From assembly GCA_963514005.1 (NCBI GenBank), contig OY740809.1, forward strand, positions 13,268,001-13,332,000: DNA of 64,000 nt. Direction: 5' to 3'. Both the position numbers and the translations under genes were made by a program. The notes beneath the pieces were generated by a model that saw only the letters and a list, made by a program, of their open reading frames with translations, searched no databases and was not told the origin of the DNA. Positions 1 to 12,720 of the stretch are shown one piece after another (the first letter of the stretch is position 1; the number at the start of each line of letters is the position of its first letter). The stretch is from Raja brachyura. Lineage: Eukaryota.

Positions 1-1035
1 CTGTAAGGACTCTATCCCCTACTGCCAATTCATCCGTCTGCGCCGCATCTGCAGCCAGGATGAGGTATTCCAAACCAGGGCATTGGAGATGTCCCCATTC
101 TTTAGGGAACGGGGGTTCCCCTCTTCTACTATAGATGAGGCTCTCACCAGGGTCTCTTCTATATCCTGTAGCTCTGCTCTCACTCCCCATCCCCCCACTC
201 ATAACAAGGACAGAGCCCCCCTTGTCCTCACCTTCCATCCCACCAGTCGTCACACACAACAGATAATCCTCTGACATTTTCGTCACCTCCAACAGGATCC
301 CATCACTGGCCACCTCTTCCCATCTCCTTCCCTTTCGGCTTTCTGCAGAGACTGCTCCCTCCATAACTCCTTGGTTAATTCGTCCCTTCCCAACCAAACC
401 ACCCCCTCCCCTGGCACTTTCCCTTGCAACCGCAGGAAATGCTACACTTGTCATTTTACCTCCCCCCTCGACTCCTTCCAAGGGCCTAAGCAGTCTTTCC
501 AGGTGAGGCAGAGGTTCACCTGCACCTCCTCCAACCTCATCTATTGCATCCGCTGCTCTACGTCGGTGAGACCAAGCGCAGGCTTGGCGATCGCATCGCC
601 CAACACCTCCGCACAGTTTGCATTAACCAACCCGATCTCCCGGTGGCTCAGCATTTCAACTCCGACTCCCATTCCATATCCGACCTTTATGTCCTGGGCC
701 TCCTCCATGGCCAGAGTGAGTCCCACCGCAAATTGGAGGAGCAGCACCTCATATTTCGTTTGGGTATTTTACACCCCAGTGGTATGAACATTGACTTCTC
801 CAATTTCAGGTATTCCTTGCTTTCTCCCTCCTTCCCCTCCCCTTCCCAGCTCTCTCACAGCCCACTGTCTCCACCTCTTCCTTTCTTCATCCCGCTGCCC
901 ACCCCACCCACATATCAGTCTGAAGAAGGGTCTCAACTCGTAACATCACCTATTCCATCATTCCATAGATGCTGCCTCTCCAGCATTTTTGTCTACCTTC
1001 GATTTTTCCAGCATCTGCAGTTCTTTCTTAAACAA
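1..1035 (+). mobile_element. Penelope-like retroelement 3' portion (C-terminal region with GIY-YIG endonuclease, then terminal repeat), frameshifted
   Basis: Reading frames give SIPYCQFIRLRRICS, CNRRKCYTC, NLIYCIRC..LLYVGETKRRLGDRIAQHLR and RKLEEQHLIFRLG..HPSGMN (GIY-YIG hallmarks). They are followed by a pyrimidine tract and the CTGAAGAAGGGTCTC terminal-repeat motif. Confidence 0.88.
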
Positions 1036-1067
1036 GTTAAATTCAATTGTTCGTTTGTAACACTCAC

Positions 1068-1273
1068 TCTGATCTCCCAGAACATTTGGTGAAATTGGGC
1101 AGAGAGCATCTGTGGTGCGCTGCACTTCGATCCATGTGTTACTGCGGGCAGTCACCGTGTACGTGATGGGCCGAGAAGTTCTGTCACTAATGCCAGCCGA
1201 GACCTGGGAACTGCACTCAGAAATGCCTTTCCCAGTCAGCACTGATCAACTTGGGAACATCCACTTGTGCGTT
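1068..1273 (-). other. Candidate exon (probably 5' UTR or start exon) of an unidentified downstream minus-strand gene
   Basis: Non-repetitive 206-nt segment bounded by tgtatttctctgtggtcag| and AGA|gtgagt. No protein homology was recognised. Confidence 0.35.
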
Positions 1274-1653
1274 CTGACCACAGAGAAATACAGGTGTGTT
1301 TCACAATAAAACACAAGCCTGGGAATGAGAAGTTTAGACTAACTGTTCCTCGAATCACTGCACCTTGAAAATGCGATCATGCTCAGACAATAGTCCAGCA
1401 AGCCCCAGGTCTGCTGCCTGCTTGGTTCGCAGCGGGTTAGTAGTGGGAGGGAACCACCCTTCCTTCACTCTGGTGGACTGTGTCACCAAGAATGATAACA
1501 CCAGTTGAGATTTATCAGTGAACTTGCTTGGGGGTCTCTGACTATGTATCGGTGCAGAGATGATGCTTGTTTAAACACTGCATGTGGTGTTTCTGTGACA
1601 CCCTGCCAATCTGTGTATCTGAAAATACAGATTGGCAGGGATGCAAGGTAGGC

Positions 1654-1877
1654 TGTGTTGGAAAGAACTCCACATGCTGGTTGAAACCAAAGAAAGACAC
1701 AAAATGCTGGAGTAACTCAGCGGGACAGGCAGCGTCTCTGCATAGAAGGAACGGGACGTTTTGGTTCGAAACCCTTCTTCAGACTCGTCTGAAGAAGGGT
1801 CTCGGCCCAAAACATCACCCATTCCTTCTATTTAGAGATGCAGTTTGTCCCGCTGAGTTACTCCAGCATTTTGTGTC
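1654..1877. mobile_element. Fold-back (palindromic) Penelope terminal-repeat element
   Basis: Arms gacacaaaatgctggagtaactcagcgggaca...ccttcttcagac (1696-1784) and gtctgaagaaggg...tgtcccgctgagttactccagcattttgtgtc (1787-1877) are near reverse complements. Confidence 0.85.
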
Positions 1878-1944
1878 CATCATGAAAAGTAGGCCGTTTT
1901 GTTCTTCATACCTTTGTTTTTTGTCTTTTATTTGGGCTGTGTAG

Positions 1945-2140
1945 TTACAGGTAGCATGGCTGCCTTGCAATTCCACCAACCTGCGTTTGATCCTATCTCT
2001 GGTGCCACGTGGAGTTTGCACATTCTCCCTGTGACTGGTTTTCTCCCGTATACCAAAGACATGCAGGCAGGCAAGTTATTTGGCCACTCTAAATCAGCCC
2101 TAAAGTACATGGGTGCCAGGAGAATCAGAGTGGAGATGGT
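1945..2140 (+). mobile_element. Degenerate HE1-type V-SINE
   Basis: Contains the V-domain core gtggagtttgcacattctccctgtgac. Confidence 0.65.
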
Positions 2141-4914
2141 ATAGGCGACAGAGCAAAAGGCAAGGAATGGGATCGATGGGAATGCTCAGAGCTGGCAGGC
2201 TTCAGTGAGATGAAAAGCCTCTAATAAAGGGGAAAAAAAAAAAATCAGAATTGATACGAGTTTCTATTGCAGGCACAGAGCTGCTCGGTGCCATTGCCAC
2301 TTTGCTACAGATCTGAAGATCCAATCATTTGAATCTTTCGTGAGCGAGGTCCGGACTTGATGGGACTTATCCCATCAGCGGTGATGTACAGAAGGACACA
2401 CGTCTGGAATTTTCCTTTCTCAGAAGAAGAAACAGATTGCAATGTTCAGATGGAAGAACAACCCTCAAGGGCAACGTCTATACATGGGAGCACATCAAAC
2501 TTACTACTTCCAGATCTACTGCTTCATGGTAGGTAACTGTGCCCTCTCAAACCATGTCTCTCCCCCCACCCACCACTTCACATTACTGGCCCCCATAGAA
2601 CACGCTGTATCAGTTTGCAGAATGAAAGCACAAGCAAGTTCATAATCATATATTGTTTATTGAGTATGAACTTATTCACAATATTGTGTATAATCTTAAA
2701 AAACATTCAGTGTTATCAATGACACAGTGAGGGACACCAACAGGTGCTGATCTGGTCTCACCAATACTCAGAGGTTCTGTGGAATCAAGCTAACAGGAGC
2801 AAACACTTCCAAATATGTATTCAATTTGGTGCTCCCTTTGAAATTTTACAGAATTCTTTTGCCAGTTTCTTTATTTTATCTACGGGGATTGAAAGGTGTG
2901 AGAAAGTATACAAATCTACTCGAGCAAATTGTGCTTTGTGGTGAACTCTTTGCAATTGAACCAAAAAGAGCAAGCGCACTGCAAGACATGTCCTCAAACA
3001 GTAAACATTCTCCCACCATATTCCCCCAGTCTTTCAACATAATAGACCAATGATCAAAACCACGGCCCATGCATGGAAAGCACATTCACTTCCTCTGCAG
3101 TAACTGTGCACAAATCTGAACAAAGCTGTTGTACACCATATGATTTTAATCACCATATTTCATAGTGAGTGGCCAGAATGATTTAATGGATACAAAATAG
3201 ACATAAATGACCCAAGTATCAAGGCAGAGAGCAGCGAACCATGGCTTTAAAATTTTATTGCACGTTGAGACTGCAGAGATGGAAAAAATATTTCTCCAAA
3301 TGCTGCTTGGTGAATTGCCCTTGGTTTAAATCAGTCACACCACACACATGGAATCTTCACTAAATCCATCCACTAAAGAAGACTCTGGCAGGTTAGAAGG
3401 AATAATTCATACAGTTGCAATATGTTTTAAGGTGCTGGCATGAGTTAGTTAGCAGGATTTAGAAACAAAATGATGGTTCAATTGCTCATTTCTGTTTAAA
3501 TACGAATGATGAACAAAGCAGTCTTGTTTCTCTGCTGCGGCAAGGAAATCTCACCTGTTCAAACTGATTGTTGGATGTTTGCTGCTGTCACTTGCTGCCT
3601 GCAAGACTTCTGTAAAAGGTCTAATGAAGGTCCCCTGTCCGGCTGAGCTGGGCTTGGGGGGCAGAATCAGACCCTAATGGTCTCCAGTGAAATGGATAGA
3701 AATTGTGACAGAACTGAAAACAATGGGATTTAGAATGGGACAAGAATATAACACTAATTTATTACAAGGTATCTCAAGAATAATTCCGGGCTTGGATTTA
3801 ATCCACCATAGGTTTCTCGTTTTTTTCTATCTTTTCTGACAAGCAATTTTTCAATAAATATATCCCACATGCAAAACAAATTTACATTGTAGACTCAGTG
3901 AGGATGAAGGAGAGAGTGAATACTATGCTCCAATTTAGAATGAAATGTTGGAGGAGAGTCAACTACATTGTCCTATCTAGTCAGTGAAGGTTTGACAAAA
4001 GTTTAGGCAGTGTCTGACTGCAGATTGTGCACATTACCTGCATTGCCTGGGGGGGAAAAAATACTCATGAATTGGAGATTCGGCTTGAATTGTAGTTACC
4101 CTGCAAATCCAACCGATATTTCAAACTGGTTCCTCTTCAATATGACTGGACTTAAGCAACTGCATTTATTGCTTTCAAAATCAGCACTCATTTTGGTTTA
4201 TGTAAACTCCTGATATCTTTGAAGAAAATAGTAACCACTGTTTATCTATATATGCAACTATTAAATTTCACGCCTTAAGGTAATAAATATACAAAGATGG
4301 ACTTGCAATGAACCAAACCCATCCCTGTTCACTTGCATTAAACAATCTCAATAGACCCAACCCCTACACATCTACTCCAGCTTTGAATTCAATTGTTCAT
4401 TTGTAACAACAATTACTTTTAAGAACGATAACTGAAAATCGACCAGAAAGTTGCAAAAATTATATGGTTCAGGGGAGGAAGTCAGCCCATGTCCTGTGTG
4501 GTCTCCAAACTCATCTCCTACCCGCGGATTCAACATCTGAATAGCGACCCTTTGTGCCGAGCACAAATCTAAAGGATCTTCTGAGAGCAGCCACTAGCAT
4601 CGGATAGAGATTGGGACAGTCATTGTTTTATGAAAACGTAGCCATTTTTCAAATACTTGCCACACAGACCAGAAATACGCAGACTACCAGTTTTTTTAGA
4701 TGTAGAATGTCTCCTTTAATGTACAAACTTTACGCGCTTTCTTCATCATTTACCCACCAGACCCCGTTTCAGCAATTGAGAAACTCAGCCATCTCTTCAA
4801 GCCAGTGGTCAGGGCAACCCCTCGTGCTTCTCCCCGAGCCCTGCTGTTTCCCTCGTTCTACTGCATGTCCATACTGATGGATTCCTTTATGGATAACACA
4901 ATTGCTGGAACATT

Positions 4915-5165
4915 ACTGCAGGAGTAGGCCATTCAGCCCTTCTACCACAATCCATCACTCATCGAGCATGGAAGATCTTCCATCTCACCATTCTTTCCTG
5001 TAGATCCCATAATACGCAGATATCCATCAATCTCAATTTCAAGTGAGACTCCACAGCCGTTTTAGGGTAGGAATTCCAAAGATTTCCCAACCCTCTGCAG
5101 AATGATTTTTTTTCCTCTTTCTTGCTGAAACAGACCATCCCTCTATTGCAAGACAGTGACCACCA
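4915..5165 (-). mobile_element. CR1/HER1-type LINE 3' fragment
   Basis: Tail motif gcaggagtaggccattcagccc plus gaattccaaagattt. Confidence 0.65.
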
Positions 5166-5199
5166 GTTCCATGCTCTACAGTGGGATGAAATTATCTTC

Positions 5200-5375
5200 C
5201 TGCTTCACACACCTTTTTTTCCTTATCTCTGGCCTTTACCAACCACCTGCCTATAAAACACACACCACCCTCCCGACAATCAGTCTGAAGAAGGGCCCTG
5301 ACCGAAAACACCACCTATCCATGTTCTCCAGAGAGGTTGCCTGACCTCTGAATTACTCCAACACTGTATTTTTCT
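5200..5375 (+). mobile_element. Penelope terminal-repeat fragment with hammerhead-like core
   Basis: cagtctgaagaagggccctgaccgaaaacaccacctatccatgttctccagag. Confidence 0.75.
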
Positions 5376-6489
5376 ATCTAACCTTCCTGCCTGTCTAGTT
5401 TTGTAAATTTCAATGAGATCTCACAACTCGAAAGAAAATAACGGCAGCTTACTCAATCTCTTCTCATGCAGCAAACCCACCATCCTTGGAAACAATGCTG
5501 ATCTATGACAGGTATATCTTTTTACAGGTAATATAACCAAAACTGTAGTCGCTCCAAAACCCGATTCAATTATCTTAATTGTTTCACTTTTGCATTCAAA
5601 ATCCTCTGGTAAGAATATATATGCACATCAATCTCCATTTCGGTTACTGTGAAATAGGTGGGGTATTTGAAATTATAACTGTCGCTAAACACAGTACAAG
5701 ATGTGGATACAAGGAACTGCAGGTGCTGGTTTACAAAAAAGGACACAAAGTGCTGGAATAACTCAGTGAGTCAGACAGCATCTCCGGAGAACATCCATAG
5801 ATGACAGTTCGGGTCACAACAAGCGCAAGGCGTGTTCCCTCTGACTGTCTGAAGTCCAACCACCAAGGACAAGATTAAAATTCCATCAAATGTAATATTC
5901 ATCTGGTCTTTTCCACTTTAGTGAAAGTGAAGTTCAATTTTTTTGAAGTTAGTTTTCACACAAAAACTATTAGTAATTCAGTAGATCACTTGAGGTTTGC
6001 TCCGTGGCACAGAGCGCTTCAGGCAAACAAACCAAGGTGACATTTGGCAACAAACAACACACACATTGGAAAGCTTCTTGATCTTTTCAGAACTGGAGCA
6101 AATAATTCAAGTATGTTTCACTGTGCTGGCATTTGACAATCCTATTCATTTCACACAAGCCCATACATAATACTTCCAGATGCCCCCTGGCAAACCATCA
6201 ACAGCCATGTCGGCCAGTGTGTGCATACTATACCTTTCTTTCTATCCAGCAAAGATGCCGGGACTTACATTTTATTATTTTAGATTTGAAAATCTGCTAT
6301 TTCATGCATTCCAAGGAAATACACCAACTTTAAAAACATTGTTAGGCAGTGCATGGCAAACACAACAAAAGTTTTTTACAGTACCTCTGAACATGACAAT
6401 AAACGAAACTCAAAACTCAAGGAGAAAAACCACACATTCTGAGAGAATGTTATATATCTTGTTTGTGTAGATCCATATTGATGAAGGCT

Positions 6490-6880
6490 CAATGACAGCT
6501 GAGATGAGACAACCAAGGGAGAGGACATTTTTGGGGTGATGGTTGGACACTTGGAACAGACCAGCTGTCAGCAACACCCCACTTCTGACCTTCTGATGGG
6601 TAGGAGATCATTGATAAAACAGCAGAAAAAAAGGTTTAGGGTGCTGTTCCGGAGGCTGGGATGAATTATCTCCAAAAATCAAAATTATTTGTGCAAAGTA
6701 CAACTAAAACCACTGGAATGTTTCTTCACTTAATACCAACTTCAACTTTTCCACAGCAGTTCACTACCTCCATCATTCAAATGCTGACGTAAAGTCAAGG
6801 ATAGTTACTCACCTTACTTCTGACAAGCAGCCCCGGTTCATGCTTAGCCAAAGACTGTGATGAGGTCTGACAAATCCCAG
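6490..6880 (-). mobile_element. Old L2-like LINE RT fragment
   Basis: gtcagcaacaccccacttctgaccttctgatggg..tcattgataaaacagcag resembles the antisense of an elasmobranch L2-like RT. It appears related to 34220-34690. Confidence 0.45.
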
Positions 6881-8944
6881 AGTGGGCAGGCTACTGGTGA
6901 GCCAGTGTAGTTTGATAGCATAATCGGCAACTATTTTTGTTAATCATTTTGCAAAGACTTGTGAATACGGAGGGAAGAATACATGGTTCCCAAAGACTCC
7001 CTGCTTTCACTAAAGTGTTTATGTTTCAATCTAATGGAATCACAAGATTTCTGAGGCATGTTCTTGTCAACATATAATATCTGCATATCTTAGGAACTTG
7101 CACATTCCAAATTGATTGCTAACCAGAACTATCTCCAACAATTAAGACTGTAGTTGCTAGTAAATTAGTAAAATGTGCTTAAAGTTCTAATGAATGATTC
7201 TATTATGTTTGTAATTAATGGTAATCAAGTAATTAAACTTTGAAAGATATCAGGAGACAATGTAGAATGTCAGGAACAGGTGCGGGAGGTGATTTTGTGG
7301 TGATACAGAAGATGGGTGATGGCTAATAGCCAAGTTAATTGAGAACTGATGACCAACGTCAGAATTGTGCTCTGGACTGAGATTCTACGCATTCCATGCA
7401 AGTGTCGGGAAAGTGGTAGTCAGCTGTGCATTTCTGAACCAAGGACCTGGATACATTCAGATTCATATCCAATCACTTGTCTTTGGATGAGCCACAGCTG
7501 CTGCACCCAGTGTAGGCCCATGCATTTGAATTTGGTGATGCACCTGCCTTCAAATTGTAAGTGTAGCCAAATGTGATTATTTGTTGGACACAAAATGCTG
7601 GAGTAACTCAGTGGGACAGGCAGCATCTTTGGAGAGAAGGTATGGGTGACATTTTGGGTTAAGACCCTTCTTCGTTTGATAATATTTGTTATGGTATGTT
7701 TTCTAGAATAGCACATAAAACTACAGGGAATGGAGGGATGTGCATCGTGTACAGGCAGATGGGGTTTGATTTGGCAGCATGGTTGGCACGGACATTATGG
7801 GCAGTAGGGTTTATTATTGGGCTGTGATTCTATGTTCTAATTAATAAAAATCTATATTATTTTCAGGTCATGAGCACGAAACAAAAGCATCCAGGCTAAA
7901 GGTTCAGTGCACATTCCATTAGAACTGATTTATTTTAGACAAATTAGCCCCTTCACAGCGCGATCCTTGTAATAGAAATGTGTACTGGAGCTGTGCACTT
8001 GCATTTAACTCCCATCCAACGCTTGGTCCCTCCGGCACAGGAAGACAAAGACAGTAGGCACTGTTTTTTTTGCCTTGAGCAGTTAGGTGGCCAACACAGG
8101 AAATAAAGTTAGATAGTCCAGTCTAGGTTCAGGAAATCTGTTCAATTACTTTTCAAAACCAAATAAACAATTTTACAGACACTGTGTTGGGGAATCCCTT
8201 TATTTACCATTCTGTTTATTTTTAACACAAAGGTATTATTCCTTTATGGGCAAGTTCTTAATGTTAAACCATGAATAGAGTATCTTGACTGAAGTAACTT
8301 GTACATTTCCTATTTAGCTAACCACAAAATTTGATACAATATCTCTCACTCACCAATTGATCAGGGAGAAAGGTAGTGTGCATCAAACATAAGAAGATGG
8401 GGATTTAAGAAGATTAGTCAGGGCAAGAAGATTTAGCTGGGTTTAATAAATTTAATAAATAAATAAAACAGCATCATTTAATAAAAGGCAGTACTGATTT
8501 CCTGAAGGAGAATGAGTGCGACTCAGATGGTCGCCAAGTCATTCATTTTCATTCTTTCAAGAGGAGCAGCAGTTGTTAATGTATCTAAAGAATGTTTATC
8601 TTTTTATCATTGGGATGCAGCACAGAGACTGCGCTGATCATCTACCATCCATTCCACACCAGTTCTACATTAATGCATTTTTGAATTTCTTCCCACATTA
8701 TTATCAATTCCCCCAGATTCTACCACACATCTACAGCAAGGGCAATATTAACCTACCAACCCGCACGTCTTTGTGATGTGGAAGAAAACTGAAGCAAGTG
8801 GTGAAAACCTCATGATCATAGGGAGAATGTGTAAATTCCACATCCTAGGTTAAAATTGAACCCGGATCACTGGGACTGTCAGGTAGCAGCTCTAACTTGA
8901 AGACACCCTCGTTTTTTTCCTAAAGTGGTGAATCACAATTGATT

Positions 8945-9360
8945 GGTAACAGGCCCTACAGCCCACCGAGTACATGATGACCATCGATCACCCGTTCACA
9001 CTAGTTCCCTGTCATCATCCACTCCCTGCACATTAGGGCAAAATTACAGATGTCAATTCACATACAATTTTTAATTAATTGAACTTTCTTTTCTTTATTG
9101 TGTTGTCTACGTACAGTTTTTACAGACATGTTATGTTGCTGCAAGTAAGAATTTCATTGTTCTGTTTTTGGTTTGCATGGTAATAAAATACACCCACGCG
9201 TGTTTAGGATATGAGAGGACATCGGAACACCCGGAGGGAACCCTTGTGATTACAGGTAGAACGTGCAGACTCCACACAGACAGGACCCTTGGTCAGGATC
9301 GAACTGGTCTCCGGCACTGTGAGGCAGAAGCTCTACTAACTGCACCATTGTGCTGCCCTA
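8945..9360 (-). mobile_element. HE1-type V-SINE, interrupted by a short LINE-tail insertion
   Basis: Antisense motifs agaacgtgcagactccacacagacag and gcactgtgaggcag..ctgcaccattgtgctgccc. Confidence 0.75.
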
Positions 9361-10204
9361 TTTTGCTGCTGCGCCACTCCTCAAACATCTGTCATTTGTA
9401 TATTTGTATTACGGGCTTATACTGCATCTTTGAATGTAATATCCAAGTGTGACGGATATCTTCTGGGCTAACCTTGTAGCTTAGAACCACGTATTTAATG
9501 GTAATCAAATTAAACACAATTATTTGACATTTCAGTGGCTGTCTTGAGTGGATGTGAGCAAAAGAGTTGCCTCTAGAACCATACCTTGGATATCAAGCCA
9601 AAAGTTGAAACTTTTCAAAGATGTTAATAGGAAATAATAACTGGATGCACTTTCATCAATTTCATGCGCTTTCATCAAACATCTTTATCAGAGGTTAACG
9701 GAGGAATGTTGCAGAGGGCAAACAGTGAGCGGAGGGCAGGGGAAAGGATGTGGGAAGGAGTAACCACAGAGAGGAGGTGGATATTTAGAGGGCATTGGTG
9801 AAGAGATTGTTACAGAAGCCCAGACATGACATGCAGGTAGGGTGGGTTAATGTTTTGTCATGGAGTGTGAAGAAGTGGAGATCAGGGTGGAGTTGTTACA
9901 GTTGACTGATGAGGCTCACGTTGGTTATGAGCAATCTTTCCTCTTATACTAAGGTTCTTGACACAAACATACTTTGAATTATTCTATGCAATTGCATGGT
10001 ATTCATTATTTAGTTGCCATCTAAAGTCCATCGTACCACCTCTTATTTCGTAGAGCAAGTCTCGTTTGTAACTGGTCTCCACCATTTAGTCAGGTAGATG
10101 CGTTTCCGGAGATATGACCCCTGAGCTTTCCTCTACTGTGGGAAGATGCATGAGCTGGCCTCAAATGCAAATAGAAATATAATTTTTTTAATTCCTTAAA
10201 AAAA

Positions 10205-10665
10205 GTCACAGGACAGGCAACATCTGTGGAGAAGACGGAGAGGTGACGTTTCGTCAGACTGGATGTAGTAGAGGGGTAGGAAGCTGGGAAAGAGGTGGGG
10301 GCGGGAAAAGCCTGGCAAGTGATGGATGGATATAGATCCGGGGGTTATGATTGGCAGATGGGTGGACACAGGCCAGAGATGGGAAGACGATAAAAGGCTG
10401 CAAGATAAAGAGAGAAGATGTGCAAAACATGAAACAAGAGGAATGGATATAGGTGAAAGGAGATATAGGGGAAGAGGAAAGGGTTGTTGTTGCTTAGTTA
10501 TACCGCTGTGTTGTAAGCTGCCCAAGCAGAATATGAGGTGCTGTTCCTCCAGTTTGTCTGTGGCCTCACTCTGGCTCAGGTTCGAAAGGACCATATGGGA
10601 ATGGGAAGGGGAGTTAAAATGGTTAACAACCACAAGATCCAGCAGGCCTTGGTGAACTGAGCACA
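10205..10665 (-). mobile_element. Penelope-like element 3' fragment
   Basis: ORF 10196..10666 translates to NHFNSPSHSH...KLEEQHLIFCLGSLQ, the same family as 1-1035. Confidence 0.8.
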
Positions 10666-10719
10666 AGTTTTCTCTTATTTTCTATTCAAAAATGAATTAG
10701 ATTTTAAAAGCATTTAAAT

Positions 10720-11340
10720 TAGTCATAGTTATACACTACAGAAACAGACTCATTGGTCCAATTCACTCATGGTGACCAGCTTTTACAAATGGGTTAATCC
10801 CATTTGCCTGTAAACCATTTCCCTATAAACCATTCCTATCCATGTACCTGACTAAATGTATTTTAAACACCACCACTGTACTTGCCTCTACAGCTTCATC
10901 TGGCAGCTCGTTCCCTATTCGCACCACTTTGTGTGAAGAAATTGTTCTTTAGGTGTCTTAAATCTTTCCCTTCTCACCTAAACCTATTCCTTCTATTTCT
11001 TGACTGCACTATTCTGAGGGGAAAAAGACTGGGATTATGAATCTTATCCATGCCTCTCATTATTTTGTAAATCTATATAAGGTCACCCGTCAGTCTCCTA
11101 TGCTCCAGGAAAGGTCCCAGCTATTGAGCCTCTTTTTAAATCCTTAAATCCTGATACATGTTTTCGCACCCATTCCAACTTAACATTCTTCCTCTAGCTG
11201 GGTGACCAGAGTTGCACACAATACTCCATTTGTGGTTTCACCAGCGTCTTGTACAGCTGGTGCATAACGTCCCAACTTCCGTTCTCAATACACTAATTGA
11301 TGAAGGCAAGTGTACCAAATGCTTTCTTCACCATCCTATC
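10720..11340 (-). mobile_element. CR1-type LINE 3' fragment
   Basis: Antisense CR1 motifs tctggcagctcgttcc, ataaggtcacccgtcag and gttgcacacaatactcca. Confidence 0.75.
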
Positions 11341-12219
11341 TGCAGTACCTGTACAGCCATTACTTATCAAAAAGTACCAAGAAGCAATGATAGCCATGAA
11401 AGTTCTTGAAGCTGGGAAGTTTCTGATGGAACTCTAATCACCGTGGTAGAAGTTGATTCAAGGCTGACCTGCCGGCCTCGTGTGATGATGCTGTCAGACC
11501 TTGCCTAACTAAGAAGCAGATGGCTGGCCTGATACAGGTTGTCAGACTCAGTAATATTCCCTTGCATATACTTGCACATTCACAGCAGCCGCATATATTT
11601 TTACCCAGTATTCCATTACTGAGCAGCTAGAAAAAACTTAATTAGTGAATTATTATTTAATCACAACATTTTACTGACTGCATGAGCTGAATTATGTTCA
11701 AAATGCCAACATATTTGTGCACGTTCATTTGAAAGAGTCAGATATGTGATTGCAGGTTTAACAATTAAAAGGAACATTATCTGCTTAATCCATATGAAAG
11801 GACACCTATATAATGTCAATAACCTTCTCGCAGTCATGATCTTTTCATTTAAAAATGATCAACACCATTCCTGCAGTTATGCAATTTACTTTATTGCCAT
11901 TAGAAATTTAAAACACCACAGTCCATGCCCGAGAAAATGTCAAACAATATCTCTGGAGCAATCTAGGTTTTCTGAAACATAACAAATCTGTTGCTGTTTA
12001 TTCCATACCAACATGATCTTGACGTCCCACAATACAGGATATCTTACAGTTTTATACCCCAGTCATTCCCTCTCCCCTCCTGTTGGGCAGAACTTGGAAA
12101 ATATGAAAACATGTACAACCAGATTCCGGAATAGCTTCTTCCCCTCTGTTATCATACTACTGAACTGTCACACAAGTCCAGTTGACATGTTCGCCTGTCA
12201 TCAGTTAATAAGTCCACGT

Positions 12220-12720
12220 CTTAGGAGCAGAAGTTGGCCATTTGACCCATTGAGTCTCCTCCACCATCCAATCATGGCTAATGTATCTTTCCCTCGCAGC
12301 CCTATTTTTCTACCTTCTTCTCATAACTCTTGACCAATCAAGAATCTGTCAATCTCTGCCTGAAAAATAACTAATGACTTGGCTTCCACCACTATCTGTG
12401 GCAATGAATTCCACAGATTCACCACCCTCTGACTAAAGAAATCTCATCTCTTTTATAAAGTTATGTTCTGTTATTCTGAGGCTATGCCCTCTGGTTCCAG
12501 ACACTCCCACGAGTGGAAACATCGTCACCATATCCACTCTATCCAGGTTTTTCACTATCTGGTAACTTTCAATGAGGTCCCCCTTCATTCTCCGAAACTC
12601 CAGCGAGTGCAGGCTCAGTGCCGTCAAACGCTCATCATATGTTAACCCAATCATCTGTGGGATAATTCTCGAAACCATCTCTGGACCCTCTCCAAAGCCA
12701 ACACAGCCCTCCTCAGATAT
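12220..12720 (-). mobile_element. CR1-type LINE 3' fragment
   Basis: ORF 12433..12765 gives GLTYDERLTALSLHSLEFRRMKGDLIESYQIVK..TRGHSL, a CR1 ORF2 C-terminus. Confidence 0.85.
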
